From Antedon mediterranea (taxonomy: Eukaryota; Animalia; Echinodermata), in assembly GCF_964355755.1 (NCBI RefSeq), contig NC_092674.1, positions 10,540,001-10,604,000 of the forward strand: 64,000 nucleotides of DNA. Direction: 5' to 3'. Position 1 is the first letter of the stretch. Each line of letters starts with the position of its first letter. Positions 62,638 to 64,000 of this stretch are shown here, in pieces. Below the pieces are notes generated by a model. The model saw nothing but the letters and a program-made list of their open reading frames with translations, had not been told where the DNA came from and did no database searches. Position numbers and translations under genes: made by a program.

Positions 62638-63284
62638 TGAGGCCAAGCCATGTCCCATGAGGATATATTCATTAATAAGCTGTTTCATAGCGGTAGCTTT
62701 AGTATCTAAGGCCGACAGTTTGGCAAATTTGCAAACTCAACTATAATTTATAGGTCCCAGCTTTTGGACCCAAAAGACATCTGGGTAAAGAGAGTCTATG
62801 AGGGGTCACGGTTGAACGATTTTGGATTCTTGCCCTTTGATTGGTTGACGCGAATCAACAAATTGTGGAAGAATTTGTTGTCTCTAGAGGGTATTCAGTT
62901 GCATGCCTACATTTCAGGTTGAGGTCACACACAAACAGGCCACAGCACATTAAAGTTCAAAATTACCATTTTTAAATGCCCTTTTTGAATTAGATTAATA
63001 TTTGTTGGCAAATAATACATTGTAGGAAAGGTACACATGTCTTTTTTCAAATGCTGTGTATACAATTAACTAGTGAAAAAATGGGCATGTGATTCATAAT
63101 TAAAGAATCTGTGATTTGTATGTATCTTTGCGATTAAAGGACATCTTTTTAATAATTAATCATAAATTATTAATTAAAAGAACAATGATTAATTTTAAAA
63201 TGTCGAGCAGCGTTTTTTGTAAGAAATATTTCTTGTTTAGGGTGGGTAATTTATTACTATTAAAAGGGGGGTTACTATTAGAGT

Positions 63285-63395
63285 ACAATATTCACATTCA
63301 TAAGGTGTCTCTCCTGTATGTATTTTCAAATGTTTTTAAATGCCCAATTTACATTCATATGGTGTCTCCTGTGTGTTTTTCAACTTTCCACTTTC
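63285..63395 (-). pseudogene. Highly degenerate zinc-finger remnant
   Basis: ttcacattcataaggtgtctctcctgtatgtatt linker/finger motif, twice. Confidence 0.65.
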
Positions 63396-64000
63396 TATAA
63401 ATTTTTTTTAATTTAAAACCAAACAAGCATCGCGCGCGGATTGATATTTTCATATTGTGATGTGATGCACCCAATTTGATCATCATGTGAAAGGATAAAC
63501 AAATAAAAGCGAAAATACCAATTTGTATTAACTGATTCTGCCCGAAAATGAAAGACAATTAATTAAGCTATGAGACAACGTCAGGCTACGCCTATAGCTA
63601 GCGTACGATGTACGTTACCACTTTTTACCAGCTAGGCCTACAAAACTACGGTAAGCCTAATTAAGCTTGGCTAGAAACATCTACGAGAGAACTTTCGACT
63701 CGAGCTACTTAGGTAGTGCATTGTTTTCTTTTTTTTTTCTGTAATTAACCTTTGAACGCACATTTAAGACAAGAAATGACCTGGTTTAATGTTTTTATGC
63801 ATTCTTTTTAGTTTAGTGTCTTTAATTTTAAGCAGCAACTACCTTGATAAAATCTACAGGTAAGACATTAACAAAACTTAAAGATGTTATTGTTATTGGG
63901 CCCTTCTGCCCCCTAAAAAAAACATGAAAAATTATCAGCCTTTGATTTTGTCAAGATTAAAAACTAAAAAAACTGTTTCACAGTCATAAACAACATATTG

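Overview
AT-rich animal genomic DNA, probably from a marine invertebrate and possibly an echinoderm (inference from repeat content only). The window is a tandem cluster of about 15 minus-strand C2H2 zinc-finger genes, pseudogenes and remnants. They share an N-terminal block (M(E/K)[11 protein letters not shown]...) and show no recognisable KRAB, SCAN, BTB or ZAD domain. The cluster was built by repeated duplication of a ~2.4-3.3 kb unit and is heavily invaded by mobile DNA. A decayed Maverick/Polinton-like element (~6907-20892) carries integrase and packaging-ATPase remnants, a Bcl-2-like ORF and an acidic ORF with a SUMO-interacting motif. Other insertions are Academ-type transposons (one with a 2.2-kb minisatellite grown out of its transposase), two Tx1/L1-like LINEs, other LINE 3' ends, a Deu/Nin-type SINE and several MITEs. 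Paralogue comparison shows repeated TA to TA-GGCC-TA micro-insertions that resemble transposon excision footprints. All family assignments come from motif recognition by eye; no searches were run.
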